DNA of 63,395 bases, filler included, from Reticulomyxa filosa (lineage: Eukaryota; Protista; Foraminifera), in the NCBI GenBank assembly GCA_000512085.1. It is 23 parts of 23 records of this genome, joined end to end, with 100 filler letters (N's around TTAATTAATTAA, not from the genome) between each part and the next. Parts side by side here need not be neighbours in the genome. Positions count along the whole stretch, not along the records: positions 11,672 to 12,959 come from ASPP01032804.1; positions 13,060 to 14,899 come from ASPP01020384.1; positions 15,000 to 17,986 come from ASPP01007027.1; positions 18,087 to 19,834 come from ASPP01013347.1; positions 19,935 to 22,653 come from ASPP01012596.1; positions 22,754 to 27,283 come from ASPP01007148.1; 17 more parts are not named here. One strand, 5' to 3'. Below the pieces are notes generated by a model. It worked only from the letters and a program-made list of their open reading frames with translations. It was not told the origin of the DNA and made no database searches. Positions 11,672 through 23,836 of the stretch are shown here, one piece after another. Position 1 is the stretch's first letter, and each line of letters opens with the position of its first letter. A program made the position numbers and the translations under genes.

Positions 11672-12959
11672 GAAATTGTTCAAATCTTTCTCTTGGTATC
11701 GATAACGAACTTGGTGCCTTGACAACCTTGATCCTAATGTCTGGTTTCCACGTTCGATCCCCAATGAGATATTTCATCAACAATGCATTGATCAATGCCT
11801 GGATATTTGTCCACATGCACAAACTCAGGTCTTTCTAGTTAAAAGAGCACATCGTTCTAAGAAATAGAACACAGTACTCAAAAAAGAAACACAAAAATAA
11901 AAGACAGCTTTGATCCTGATATCTGGAAGCAATTCTTGGACATTTGTCCACCAACTGCGAGGAATGCAGCTGATTTATGCGAGCATTATTTGCAATAAGA
12001 TCCACTTTATCATTTCCAGGAATACCAGAATGACCTTTAATCCAATAGATCTCTGGAGCATTATCTTCATTAAATAATCTCAATATCTTCTGACAATCCA
12101 TAATTGGCAATTTATAGATATCAGAATCCCATTTGTTGAATATCGAATTAATCACGAACTTGCAATCAGTGAGAATAATCACTCTTCAACGATGTGATCA
12201 TTGCTTCGATATCTGATCCAATGTTTGTTGTAATACCCCTGAATGACAAGTCCTGCTCCTCCAATTCCAGGGTTCGGGAACGTACTTCTATCACAAAATA
12301 TCACAGTGCAATCGAAATCCAATGATGACAAAATTTCATCTGATGTTGGTTCATTGAAGATCGCAAATGGTGATTTATTTGATTGTGGCATCATTGCAAC
12401 TTGTATTGGTGGAATATTTGGTATTGGATGTGAATCTGGTTCAACTGATGCATCCACGGGATAATGTCGATAATTTAACAGTCCATGAGATATAATTTAA
12501 ATTAGTCTTTGGTCTTGATTCATTCCAAATCTTGTATGCCAACACAAGATTATGACCATTGAATCGACCTGACCATCTGATACATTTGTGATACAGCTTC
12601 AACTCTTCTTGTCTTCGTCGTAATTCAAGGGAGGAGTTGGGAAATAACTACACATTGAAATTTTTTGTATCCTTTCCAATCGTCTCTTATGTGTGTCCGC
12701 TGCACCATTCTAAAATGCTGATGCATACTCGAGACCCGGACGAATGGTGGTCTTGTATAATAGATTATATATGGATAAACTTGGTCTGATACCTTTGTAT
12801 GAACATAAGTATGTCAAATATCCAAGTTTCCTTGCTGTTTTGCCATAGATGTAATTAACATGCTTGGAATAAGTCATGTGAGAATCAAGTAACAATACAA
12901 GATACTTTACATGACCGCATTCTTTCAGGTTTGAGTGATGCAATATCAATTGCATCTTT
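11672..12959 (-). mobile_element. Degenerate non-LTR retrotransposon (LINE): RT C-terminal region plus RNase H
   Basis: RT thumb VKYLVLLLDSHMTYSKHV and LYKTTIRPGLEYAS; RNase H motifs VIFCDRS...GIGGAG, IILTDCK, IYWIKGHSGIPGNDKVDLIA; broken by stops and frameshifts. Confidence 0.9.
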
Positions 12960-13059
12960 NNNNNNNNNNNNNNNNNNNNNNNNNNNNNNNNNNNNNNNNN
13001 NNNTTAATTAATTAANNNNNNNNNNNNNNNNNNNNNNNNNNNNNNNNNNNNNNNNNNNN

Positions 13060-14865
13060 TTTCATTAACTGGATTGTTATTTTTTAACGAAGACAGATCA
13101 TTTTGATTGTCCTCATTTCCGATGAGCTGTTTTACTTTTTCTCGATATTTCCAAGAAACAATCGACGGAGGTTGATGCAGCACAAACACATTGTGATGAA
13201 TGGCGTGCTTTAAACTGCCGCCCATCACTTGTAAGCCAGCATTCATATTGTCAATGCTCTGTTTCATTTGCTTTCGAGGATTGGAAATAAGCAGCATGGT
13301 GGGTGGATTCAATCCAATTTGTCCGGCCGCAAAAAGCAGCGTATTGTCAATGCGTGTCAATTGAGAGTAAGGGCCAATACAGCATGGCGCCCATTTGGAA
13401 ATGCTTCGGACATGCAACACATCGCAGCGTTGCTGGGATGGATTGTCGTCGACGCTTTTCACCAATTGCTTATGTTTGTAGGCCAGAGCTTCCAAAGCGA
13501 CGTGGCATTTTTTGTGCAATTCAAGCTATCGAAATGTTCATACCATAGCATGTACAAATTACACAAGTAAAATGACGAATAGCATAGAATGTACACATAT
13601 ATATGTATATGTGCTTATAAAGTGATATAAGAGAACATAACCTACATAGACACCTGACAGCACACTCGTGACGGCGGGTCAATTCCATGAAAGTGCTTTT
13701 TATACATTGCATTTACAATTGGAAATAAAGACATGTCTTGCAACCACAAGCAAATAAAAAAAATGTGAGATCGATTGAGATCATGACATTGCAAGTGTAG
13801 ATCCAATTGGCAGATGATCTCTTCAAACTCTCTCTCAAGGGACGACACTTCCAAACCGTGTTCCGTTAGTTTCGTTTGCTCTTCTTTCTTTTCCGTGTCG
13901 ATGACTTTCAAAGGTCGAAATTTTGACCGCAAAAGGCTTGCACACATATCGAAATATGCCATTGGCACGTCCATACGAGCTATGTTGCACTTGCGTTTTA
14001 TTGTCTCCGTCGTTTGTGCTTTGTGTTTTTGAGGAGATAAGGGTTGATTCGTTGTCTTGTTGTTGTCGTTTTTTCTCTTCTTCTTCTTCTTCTTCTTCTT
14101 CTCCTTTCTCCTTCTTCGTCAATTGCAATCATCTCATCGTCATCATAATCCGAGTCATCCGCATCATCAGCATCATAGCCAGTCTCATCCAATCGATAAA
14201 CCAACTGCTGCGACATCCCCATTTCCTTCATGTCGATCACTTCGATTTCTTCTTCTGCTTTTTGTTGTCTTTGACTTCCTCGTTTTCCTCTTTCAATTGT
14301 CTCAGAAATTTATTCCACTTTTTTCGGGCTGTGTATTCGTGTGTGTGTGTGTGTGTATGTATAAATACATTTTCAAATCGTTATTTATTTATTTATTTTT
14401 TTGTTTGTTTGCGATACACGGAACAATGGCGGGCTTGGGAATCAATTCCATTTTGTTGATTTTCAGATATCCGCTTGGGTTGATAGGATTGGTCAAATCT
14501 TTGCCGCCCATGATTTCGCAATCAACAATTTGAATGCGATAATAGCGATACAAATACGGACAATCCAAAACTAGGGTTTCATACTCGCCGCCTTCGCCGC
14601 ACACATTCATTCCAAAGTCTTTTTCCAACCCACACAAATGCGAGTACAACTCGTTCATATTTTTGTTCAAATTCTGCAATGGGTTGAGTCCCATCGATGC
14701 GCATTTTATCATCACGATTTCCATTCCCAAATCCAGCATTTCTTTCAACAGTACATCCTGGTCTTCACGTTGCCACAAATAACACACACTGCTCAAATTC
14801 AAACGGTCGCATATCGACTCCACTCGCAGTCGTTGATAGTTCGACAATATTGCACCACATGCGAC

Positions 14866-14868
<3 letters not shown>
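13060..14868 (-). CDS. DPH6: Diphthine--ammonia ligase, long form with C-terminal YjgF/RidA-like domains (internal fragment)
   Basis: GAILSNYQRLRVESICDRLNL...YLWQR, IKCASMGL, NVCGEGGEYETLVLDCP; downstream DMSLFPIVNAMYKKHF...PPSRVC and LHVRSISKWAPCCIGPYSQ...AGQIGL. Confidence 0.9.
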
Positions 14869-14899
<31 letters not shown>

Positions 14900-14999
14900 N
14901 NNNNNNNNNNNNNNNNNNNNNNNNNNNNNNNNNNNNNNNNNNNTTAATTAATTAANNNNNNNNNNNNNNNNNNNNNNNNNNNNNNNNNNNNNNNNNNNN

Positions 15000-16341
15000 C
15001 AGCAGCAGCACCAAAAGTGATAGATGGCATACCAAAATCAATAATTCTGATTTTGAAGCTTTCATATAGGGATGGTTTGATGCAGAAGTAATAGTGATCG
15101 AATACATGAAACACATTGCCAAAAACAGCTCTATTGATTTCCAATGCCATTGCGTGACATGCATCATGTTTGTCATATTCTCGTTTATAAAAGTGACAGT
15201 TTCCAAGCATAGCGCAGGAACCACTTACAATTGGATGCTCAAATCCGAAAGTGTGAACAGCCATTTGAAAATGTGTCTGCGCATAAAGAAGAGCATCATC
15301 TGCATATCCTTCATATAAGCACTGTTTTTCTTTGTTTTCAAGCTGTTCAAGCTGCAGTGGAATGTCATGATGAATGTTTGTATCCCACGGAATGAAAGAA
15401 GTCGATTGTCTCAGCATTTCATCGACAATAGCATCTTTTGTAACAAATAACTGTGTTGTAATATTCACACTTCCTTCACATTGAATTTTGCAATTGACCA
15501 CATACACATTGCCATCAATATTTATTTCGTGTAATACCACGAATTTACATTTAATCACATACATCCAATAGCCTCCAAATCTCTTTTTTTTGGTCTTATG
15601 TTGACAAAGCAATTTCAATAAGGAAGAGGCACTGTCCTTATGTTCTGCTAAATCTGTATATGCTATTGTTTGTCTTACATACACATTTTTGGCAACAATT
15701 ATCAAACCTTGTTTATTCTTAACAAGCATTTGCTCAACCTTTTTTGCTGCTTCGAAATTCGATTTTCGCCAATTGTTATCCCAATGCTTTTTGAAATCCA
15801 AAGTTTCTATTGAATTCTTGTTTGCTGCCAATGATATCTGCCGATCCATGCAATCATTTATTCTGGTGTTAATGCAATCCCACAAATTCAGAGTGAATTG
15901 AATATTTTGAAGAATTTTTCTTAGTTCTTTATTTATTATAATACTTGTTGAGAAGCTGTTATATACATTTGTCTCAATTACTTGACAAATATCTCGTGTC
16001 CAATATTCTTCGCTCTTTTTGCTTCTATTGTCTGTATCGCTGCTATTTGCAAACATTTCAAATATACCATCAGCGATTCGGTTATTCCATACGCTCTTTT
16101 GTCTCATTGCACTTCTTTCACTGTCTTCTACCCGTTTGGATTCTTTTTGTGTCTTCCACTCAAGTTTTAGCGACGTCTTTTGCTCTTGCGTCAAGTGGCT
16201 AGACTGCTTTACAGGAATACTCTGAATAACACCCAAATCTTTGCACAGACTGTCATCTTCTAATGCCTTACGGACACGTTGTCTGGGATAAAGGAGCTCA
16301 AGAAAAGAGACCAATGTTTTGAAGTGCTTTGCATCATTCAT
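15000..16341 (-). CDS. Lineage-specific TPR protein, paralog of the 23837-25977 family; 3' partial
   Basis: Shares LDFKKHW...WRKSNFEAAKKVEQML..NKQG and FGGY...INIDGNVYVVNC.IQC.G..NITTQLFVT blocks with 23837-25620; degenerate kinesin-light-chain-type TPR (FGFEHPIVSGSCAMLGNCHF). Confidence 0.8.
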
Positions 16342-16750
16342 TCTTTTTTTGATTAATGGCTTTGATTTTGTCGATATTTGTAAAATATAAGTGATAGTTC
16401 AATAAAATTAGAGTCTTTTATCAAAAACTCCTTTTTTTTTTAACTACTTAGTTAGAAAGCGGATCTTAAAAATCAGAAATTTGAGAAGAAAAAAAACTAT
16501 GCTCACTCCGTTGTTGCACAATTAAATTATCGCTCTTGTCCGTTTTTGAAAACAGAGTTTCTCTACTTTCCTTTGGTAGAACAGAGTGGTTAATATTTAA
16601 ACACTGCCAAAATATTTCTTTGCAAATGATATTGCATTTTAATTTTTTTTTGTGTTCAAGTTTCCTTTCTTGTAACTTGGAAGTAGTCAAGGATTTTATT
16701 TAACCCATTTTTTAAAAACTCAAGTAGCGATTTTTTCCAAAGTTAAAATA

Positions 16751-17912
16751 ATGGGGAATCAAACATCAATAAAAATACCTCATGAAGCAAAATTAGAATC
16801 AAGTAAGGACATTCGATCCCCATTTGAGAATGTAACCCCTTTACCCGTTCCGCTCAGTAACGTTCAATGTGTGACACACAAGCAAGAAATAATTATTTGT
16901 GGGGGATCCAATGAAAAACTTTGTTATTCGTATAATACAATCACAAACCAGTATAAACTAATCTGCTCATATCCAGAAAACTTCAAAGTGATTGGACAGA
17001 GCGTGGTGAAGCTAATGAGTAACAACAAAGACACAAATACCATCACATTATTATCAGTTGGTGGACAAGGTGCTATGGAGGAAAAATCCACATGGATAAT
17101 GAACTATGTAAGCGTTTGGAATGAAAAATTGAGAAAACCAAAGAATTGTAATAAATGGGTTCCTTTTACCGATAATAATGATAATCAAATTTCAATTGGC
17201 AGAATTGAAGATAATTATTTTGGCGTGCGTACAGTGATTGGTGGAAGCAATAATAATTTGTTATTCATTACCTATCTTCCAAAGAATATTGACGTGTTTG
17301 ACTTGAGAACTTTTCAGTATATTAAGTATGGCACGTTACCAACTGAGTACAGTAGTATACATTATCACTGTTTTGTACCAAATGTAGAGAGCACTATGTC
17401 AAACAAAGAAAAGAATGAAATGATATTGCTTTGTCAAAAGGCTGGGATATTGATTAAATATAATGAAGGAAAGAATACTTTTCAATTCCATAAATTATGG
17501 GTTTGCACAACCATAAAGTCTCTATTTTTCCAAGGATGGGTTTTTGTGAAAGATGTTTTCCTATTTTTTGGTGGATGTGCTGATAAGAGTAATGGTTTTT
17601 CCGATATTGTATACAAGTATTCGATTTCAAGAAATAAATGGGTAAAGTGTGAAAAGACTTGGCCCATTTCATTGAGAGATTGTACGGGAGTATGGAATGA
17701 AGACACAATGTATCTGCACATTATTGGAGGGAGTGATGGAGATAGAACCGTAACAACACATATAAGGATAAACTTGCAGTCATGGATGAAAGAAGAAGAA
17801 ACAGAGATAGAAAGACTATGGATAAGTGAAGAAGAGGAAAAACGAGATTTAGAAGAAAACAAAATTGAGTTGGACGAAATGAAGAATGAAATTGCTCTTG
17901 AAAAGCTCAAAG
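16751..17912 (+). CDS. Kelch-like beta-propeller protein with an MGxxxS N-terminus; first exon, 3' partial
   Basis: Long open ORF with repeated GG motifs (IIICGG, LSVGG, VIGG, LFFGG, HIIGG) and Y/W blade spacing; runs into a GT intron ending in poly-A at the contig end. Confidence 0.8.
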
Positions 17913-17951
17913 TTGTTTTTTTTTTTGACAGCTATTTTGGCTTTGCCATCA

Positions 17952-17986
<35 letters not shown>

Positions 17987-18089
17987 NNNNNNNNNNNNNN
18001 NNNNNNNNNNNNNNNNNNNNNNNNNNNNNNTTAATTAATTAANNNNNNNNNNNNNNNNNNNNNNNNNNNNNNNNNNNNNNNNNNNNCCC

Positions 18090-18132
<43 letters not shown>

Positions 18133-18135
<3 letters not shown>

Positions 18136-19214
18136 GTAACTCCCGGCTCCCATGTTAGGAGTAATCCAAGCGAACAGCCACATAGTGACAAAGAAAGCAG
18201 AAATGAAAATGACAGACATAATAACGGTGATGGACAATCTGCATGCGTCGTGATTGTTTGGCAAGAAACAGGTGAGTTCGATCAGCTTATTTTTGGTAGC
18301 ATTGTCCAATGTCGACACCGTGGCCAGCCAAAGAAAGGAGACAAAAAACGATCCCATAAAAAATATTTTAACAGTTTTCATGTGACGATTTCCCAAATGG
18401 GTCATTGTTTTCATAAAACAAACGTGACAAGACTTTTTTTTTTTTTGTGACTGATTTTGTGGTGATTGGCATGATGATGATTGCTATGGTTTTCATTCCT
18501 ATCCGGGGAACTATGCACAGGATCGTTGCCCATCTCCGTTGCACCGATGACTTGGTGGTTATCGTAATCGACGACTAACTTATGCGGATCATTGTCCATT
18601 GGCGGCGTCAAATGACGATTCATATTTGCCTTGGGTGTTTTTATCCCTGCTGTCGATGTTATCTCTGTGCTATTCATCGTCACGCTCACTGCTTCGTCAT
18701 TATTCTCCTCTTTCTGCTGCATTCCCATGTTCGCAATGGCTATTTTGTTATCATTCTTGCCCATTGTCCCTGTCGATGGACTGTGATGACGACAATGCGT
18801 AAATAAGTACAGCTTGCTGGAGGAATAACATATTAAAAAATATCGATACGTACGTAATGCACAATATGATGCGAGCAGAAATGCCACCACTCCGCCATTG
18901 AAATACCTTGTACATACTGCCACGTGATGGGCAAAATTCGATCCATGTGACAAATAGGAGGATACAAATCCAATTAATGCTACCAACCGATCCACCGCCA
19001 AACCAAAGATCAGCAATGACAGCTCCACCGAGATCAAAAATAACACACGCTTCAAGGATTTTCGTACGCTTGCATTTCGGTTCAGTGAGAGCCCATAGTT
19101 GCGGACGGCTTTCAAACGATTCACTAGCCACACGACTGAAGGCACTTCAACCATAAGGTACGCACATACTGGTAAAATTATTTCCAAAATAGCGCTCGGT
19201 CTGCAACTTAACAT
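18133..19214 (-). CDS. Multi-pass membrane protein, possibly GPCR-like; 3' partial
   Basis: At least five hydrophobic segments across ORFs 18411-19301 and 18133-18414, which are separated by a frameshift near a T homopolymer (~18434-18447). Long Asn/His-rich loop after segment 3. First ATG at 19214. Confidence 0.5.
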
Positions 19215-19667
19215 TTGGATCTGAGTAATTTTGCATAAATTTGTTGTACCAAGCACGTTCACAACCCATCCAACCGAATTTTTCAAACAACACAGTAACA
19301 ACTTCGCACGCTTGTCATATTGAATTTAGTGTGACTACTTTGAAATGTTGTAATTGTTCTTATGTGTTGATCACTTTTGTTTATTAGCTGATCTTGGTTT
19401 TGGTGGAGAAAATATTGTTTGAAAGTTTAATTTGAATTAAAAAAAATTGTAACAACGAAAGTATTATAATTTCAATTCTTTTTTTTCTTTTATTATGCCA
19501 CTTTTGAAAGAATATTTTTTTTAAATCGCTTGACTTCCAAATTTTTTTCAACAAGTTAAAATGAGCTTATTACTGTATTTCAAAAATGTAAAGTAATACA
19601 TGACATTATTAAAAAAGTTCGAAAAAATTTAAAATTGAATTTTTTTAATAAATAATTTTCATAAATA

Positions 19668-19834
19668 CAGTAAGATAAAAAAGAAAGTTGACACCTAAAA
19701 TGCCACCTTATAGAGATGATTGTGTTTCTCCATGAAAAAACAACATTTAATCAAAATTTTTTTTAAAAAATATCTACAAATCGTGTAGTTTTTGAATATC
19801 ATTTTAGTTTTTTATTAAGTCTTTACAATTTTTT
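19668..19834 (+). mobile_element. Tc1/mariner-type terminus (copy 2, end type A)
   Basis: TA|CAGTAAGAT...AAAGTTGACACCTAAAATGCCACCTTATAGAGATGATTG; matches 2504-2583 and the reverse complement of 27384-27587; at a contig end. Confidence 0.75.
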
Positions 19835-19934
19835 NNNNNNNNNNNNNNNNNNNNNNNNNNNNNNNNNNNNNNNNNNNNTTAATTAATTAANNNNNNNNNN
19901 NNNNNNNNNNNNNNNNNNNNNNNNNNNNNNNNNN

Positions 19935-21025
19935 ACAATCCATTGTTTTTCTTTTTCAGTTTCTTCTTCTCTCATCCATTCCTTTACTCTTATTTTTAAA
20001 TTAGTTGATGATTTATTATCTTGATACTTTCCACCAAAAATATATATGTAATTGCGATCTTCACTTAATATTCCCATACAACCTTTTAATGAAATAATCA
20101 AATCGTAGTCGAATTTCATCCATTTATTTTCTGCAATGGAATATTTATGAACTGCTTTGGGAACATCGATAAAAGAACCAGAATTACCATCAAAAAATAA
20201 TATGACATCATTCACATAAACATAAGCATATTCATTAAATAAGCGAATTGTTGAACAAACATAAAGATCATCAAATTGAAATGTATTATTGTCTTCATTA
20301 TAATTAATTGATAATCCTATATTTTTACAAAATAATAACATTTTATTGTTCTTATTTGTATTATCCTTTATTAATATAAAACAATGATGCCGTATCCAAT
20401 TACCGCTTACAATTGGTAAAACATCTTTTTTGATACATTGCAATGTGTCTAAGTTAAATATTTCAATATTTTTAGGATAATATGTAATGAATAATAAATT
20501 ATTATTATTACCACCAATTATCCCACGCACACCACGATAATCCTCTTCATTTATACCAATAATTATCGAATTATTATCTTTATCAATTAAAGGGACCCAT
20601 TCATTTATGTGTTTTACTGTATCATTGTTAGTGCTAGTATTACCATTGTCGACATTATCATTATCCCAAACACTTACATATTTCATTATTAATGTGTGTT
20701 TTTTTTGGCCATTACTTTGTCCACCAAAAGATAATAATATTAGTTCATTCGCATTGTCATTGGCATTGTTTATGCACTTTATCACACAGTGTCCATCTAA
20801 TTGAACACTGCTTGGATATGAACAAACGTATTTGTATTGGTCTTTGAGTGTATGATAAGAATAACAATCTCTCTTAAAATAACCACCACAAATCAGAATT
20901 TCGTAATTGCGTGTTACACATTGAGTTTTAATAAATTGAGAAGAACAGGGCGCCAAAGTCTCAAATAAGGCTCCAATGGTCAGGTTTGAAGCTTCTTTTT
21001 CTGTTTTAATGTCAGTTAGATCCAT
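19935..21025 (-). CDS. Kelch-like beta-propeller protein, paralog of 16751; 3' partial
   Basis: Colinear with 16751 (QCVT..EILICGG, CYSY.T...QYK..CSYP, IGG.NNNLLFITY.PKNI, WM.EEETE.E..WI). Confidence 0.82.
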
Positions 21026-22198
21026 TTTAAATAAAAAAAGATATGCAAAAAAGTTAGTTCCCTTTTGAGATTTTTTTTTTGTTGAAGATTCTGTTCTTAA
21101 AAAGAGAACTTGTTTCTTTTCTCAAAAACTACTTCTTTTTGTTGCGTTTTTCATGTCAGAGCAGATGCTGTCCATTATTATTTCGTAGTGTAGAAGCGAT
21201 CAAATAAATATGAAAATGCGATATTCATGATGGATTTTAAAATTTCAAAACAAACTCAACTCAAAAGCCAAAAAAAGATATGTCGAGATCTTTTTCTTCA
21301 AAGCATTTTTTCCTACACCAAAACAAAATATCAAACATCAGTTTAAAAAAAGTGAGAAAAAATGTATCAGTTCTTTTCCAATATGTAAACATTTCGTCAT
21401 CGCCGGTAATCATAACATTGAAGGACAAATGAATAGGACGTGATGAATGTGAGCATACTTAGGAATGACAAAGATCACGGATTAACAACAACATCGCTGC
21501 TCAACAATAAGATCACGCAATTAGTGCCAGAAATCAATATGCTTAAATGGCAACAGCAAGCAATGGCTTGGAAAAAGCTGCCATTACGTGTTCATTTACA
21601 AAACCTACTCCGACAACCGTTGTAACCTTCTCTTCGTTGTCGTTAATCCCTAATGCAAAGCCTTCACTTTCTTTTGTCTTTTCTCCTCTGTTGTTTTGTC
21701 AGCCTCTAACATTGTTGTCATCACTTGAGCCACTTATATCTTCAGCCCTTTTACTACCCAGAATTTTTTTTCCAAGTTGCAGAGCACGGTACTGTCGTTT
21801 GTGATTCTGCCCAATCTTTATTTTCTGCAAAAAAAAAAGCAAAAACTGTGGTTACTCAAAAGAAAATAGAAAGAACTTGTGTAGCTTGAGATTTGCGTTA
21901 TTCAATATTTTAGTTAAAAAGTAAACAAACCACAATTATCGGAATTTTTTCCAATGTATTTGGATATTTACATATTAAAAGACAAGTATAAATTGAGGAT
22001 TGTGACAACATGTGTGATGAATGAACAGCGCCTTGAATTTTGTTAGTAAGTCACAAGGGAAAAAAACTTTTGAAAAGTTCTCGTGAAAAAAAAAATGAAG
22101 AGAAGAAAGCCCAAATGACAATGTTCCCAAAAGCCGTATTAAAAAAAGGGGGCATAAAATCTCAGGCAAATTCTAAAGGCTGAAAAGACGAAGCAGGT

Positions 22199-22600
22199 TT
22201 ATTTTTTGTTGTGAAGATGTTCTATGCAGTGTTCTATATATTTCAATCTGGGTTTGGGTTTTTTATTCCATAAGAAGTAAAATTTGTCAAGAATACGAAC
22301 ACGACGTACGTCGCCCGTGCCAAGGTGTGGTTCCATCAATCGTTGTGCTTCCTTAGCCTCCATATAAGAAAGACCCTGTATATTAAGTTTCTTGGAAATC
22401 CTTGCCCATCGGATTTCAATTTCGTGACCCGACCAGCAATAATTGCCTTGTGAGAAACAATGTTCAATTGCAAAGGCTTTGATCCTGTTGTGGTAGTAAT
22501 CGCTCGGCTTGGCATCCTTTTTATTAAAAACTTCTTCTTTTTTCGCCTTTGTTAGCTCATTCATCTCTCTCTGTTCAATCTCATTGTCCAGATGTGTATC
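22199..22600 (-). CDS. Hypothetical protein exon
   Basis: ~130-aa open frame after an intron-like (TA)n tract and AG; no family recognised. Confidence 0.35.
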   Translation of the reverse strand, partial: DTHLDNEIEQREMNELTKAKKEEVFNKKDAKPSDYYHNRIKAFAIEHCFSQGNYCWSGHEIEIRWARISKKLNIQGLSYMEAKEAQRLMEPHLGTGDVRRVRILDKFYFLWNKKPKPRLKYIEHCIEHLHNKK

Positions 22601-22843
22601 TGTTACAAACACACATATAAATAAATAAGTATATATATGTATATTATATATATNNNNNNNNNNNNNNNNNNNNNNNNNNNNNNNNNNNNNNNNNNNNTTA
22701 ATTAATTAANNNNNNNNNNNNNNNNNNNNNNNNNNNNNNNNNNNNNNNNNNNNAAAAAAAAAAATGTATACGTATTTCTTTTTTTTTTTGTTACTTTCCC
22801 TTTCAAGTTTTTCAACTTTTTCAAACAAATAAAAAAAAAATAC

Positions 22844-23282
22844 CTGTAAGTTGACATTCTTGTCTTCAACTGTAATTTCTTTTGTCAAAAAATCGGCGCC
22901 AATTGTTGCCTTGTGTTCTTGTAGAAATTCTCCATGCACATATTGGTTTATCAATGCCGTTTTGCCAACCCTTTTTTTTTGGTCGTTTTTATAGTTAGGT
23001 TATACACACATATGAATGTATGTATGTGTGTATATGAGGCTGGATTAATGTTTCCCTTTAGGTCGTTGGGAACATATCCTCTTCCTTCTTTCCCTCCCCC
23101 CTCCCCCTTTTGACAACTTCGTGAAAGATAAGCAATACTGAAATAAAAGATATCCCCCTTTTTTTTAACGCTCCCTCCCTACTCTCTTTCTAATACGACA
23201 CATCTCAAACATACCCTGAATCGCCCAAAATGATCACTTTGAGCAAAACTTTCTTTTTTGCTGAAGACACTTTGTTTGGCAT
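22844..23282 (-). CDS. RAB7: Rab7-like small GTPase, exons 1-2; 3' partial
   Basis: Exon 1 (23282-23215) MPNKVSSAKKKVLLKVIILGDSG plus exon 2 (22970-22844) VGKTALINQYVHGEFLQEHKATIGADFLTKEITVEDKNVNLQ; GT-AG intron in matching phase. Confidence 0.88.
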
Positions 23283-23836
23283 ATGAATTGCAATGGATTT
23301 GCTCCTTAATGAATTTTTACCTGAGTGTTTTTTTATACCAACGTGACTTCGAAAATTTTTAACACGTTAAGATATGAAATCTGAGGCAAATTCATCCAAG
23401 ACTTCTAAAAGAAATCATTTTTGACTTATTTTACTAGAATTTGAAAATAAATAATCGCCCAATCTACGAAATTCACGTAAATAAGTTTTATTAACATATT
23501 TGAAAAGTCATTTGGAAAATATATCTAATTAAAATGTCGATATATGCGGATGTCTGTTAGTTGATCACTAGAAGGTAAAACACTTAACAACGAAATAATA
23601 CAGGCAGAATATAAAAATAAGATGCGGTCAATAAGCTTTTTTTGGCATACAGAGAAAGATAATTTTCAATACAGCTTCGAAAGTAAAAAAGTAAAATTTT
23701 CAGACACTGCGAATACTGCAAAGAGAAATAGCGAAAAAAAAATAGTTTGGAATCAGGACAAAAAAAAAGAATTAAAAGGAGCAACAACAAAAAAACTGTT
23801 TACTCTCATTAACATTCCTGGAAAAGCTTTGATATT

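Noticed and set aside
18411-18450. Programmed ribosomal frameshifting at homopolymer or microsatellite frame breaks (also ~1012, ~24690, ~45950)
   Set aside because: The breaks sit in long A/T runs or triplet repeats where sequencing or assembly slippage is the simpler explanation; no stimulatory structure was seen.
21300-21850. Possible gene between the Kelch gene and ORF 22199-22612
   Set aside because: Only short broken frames on either strand, with no motif.
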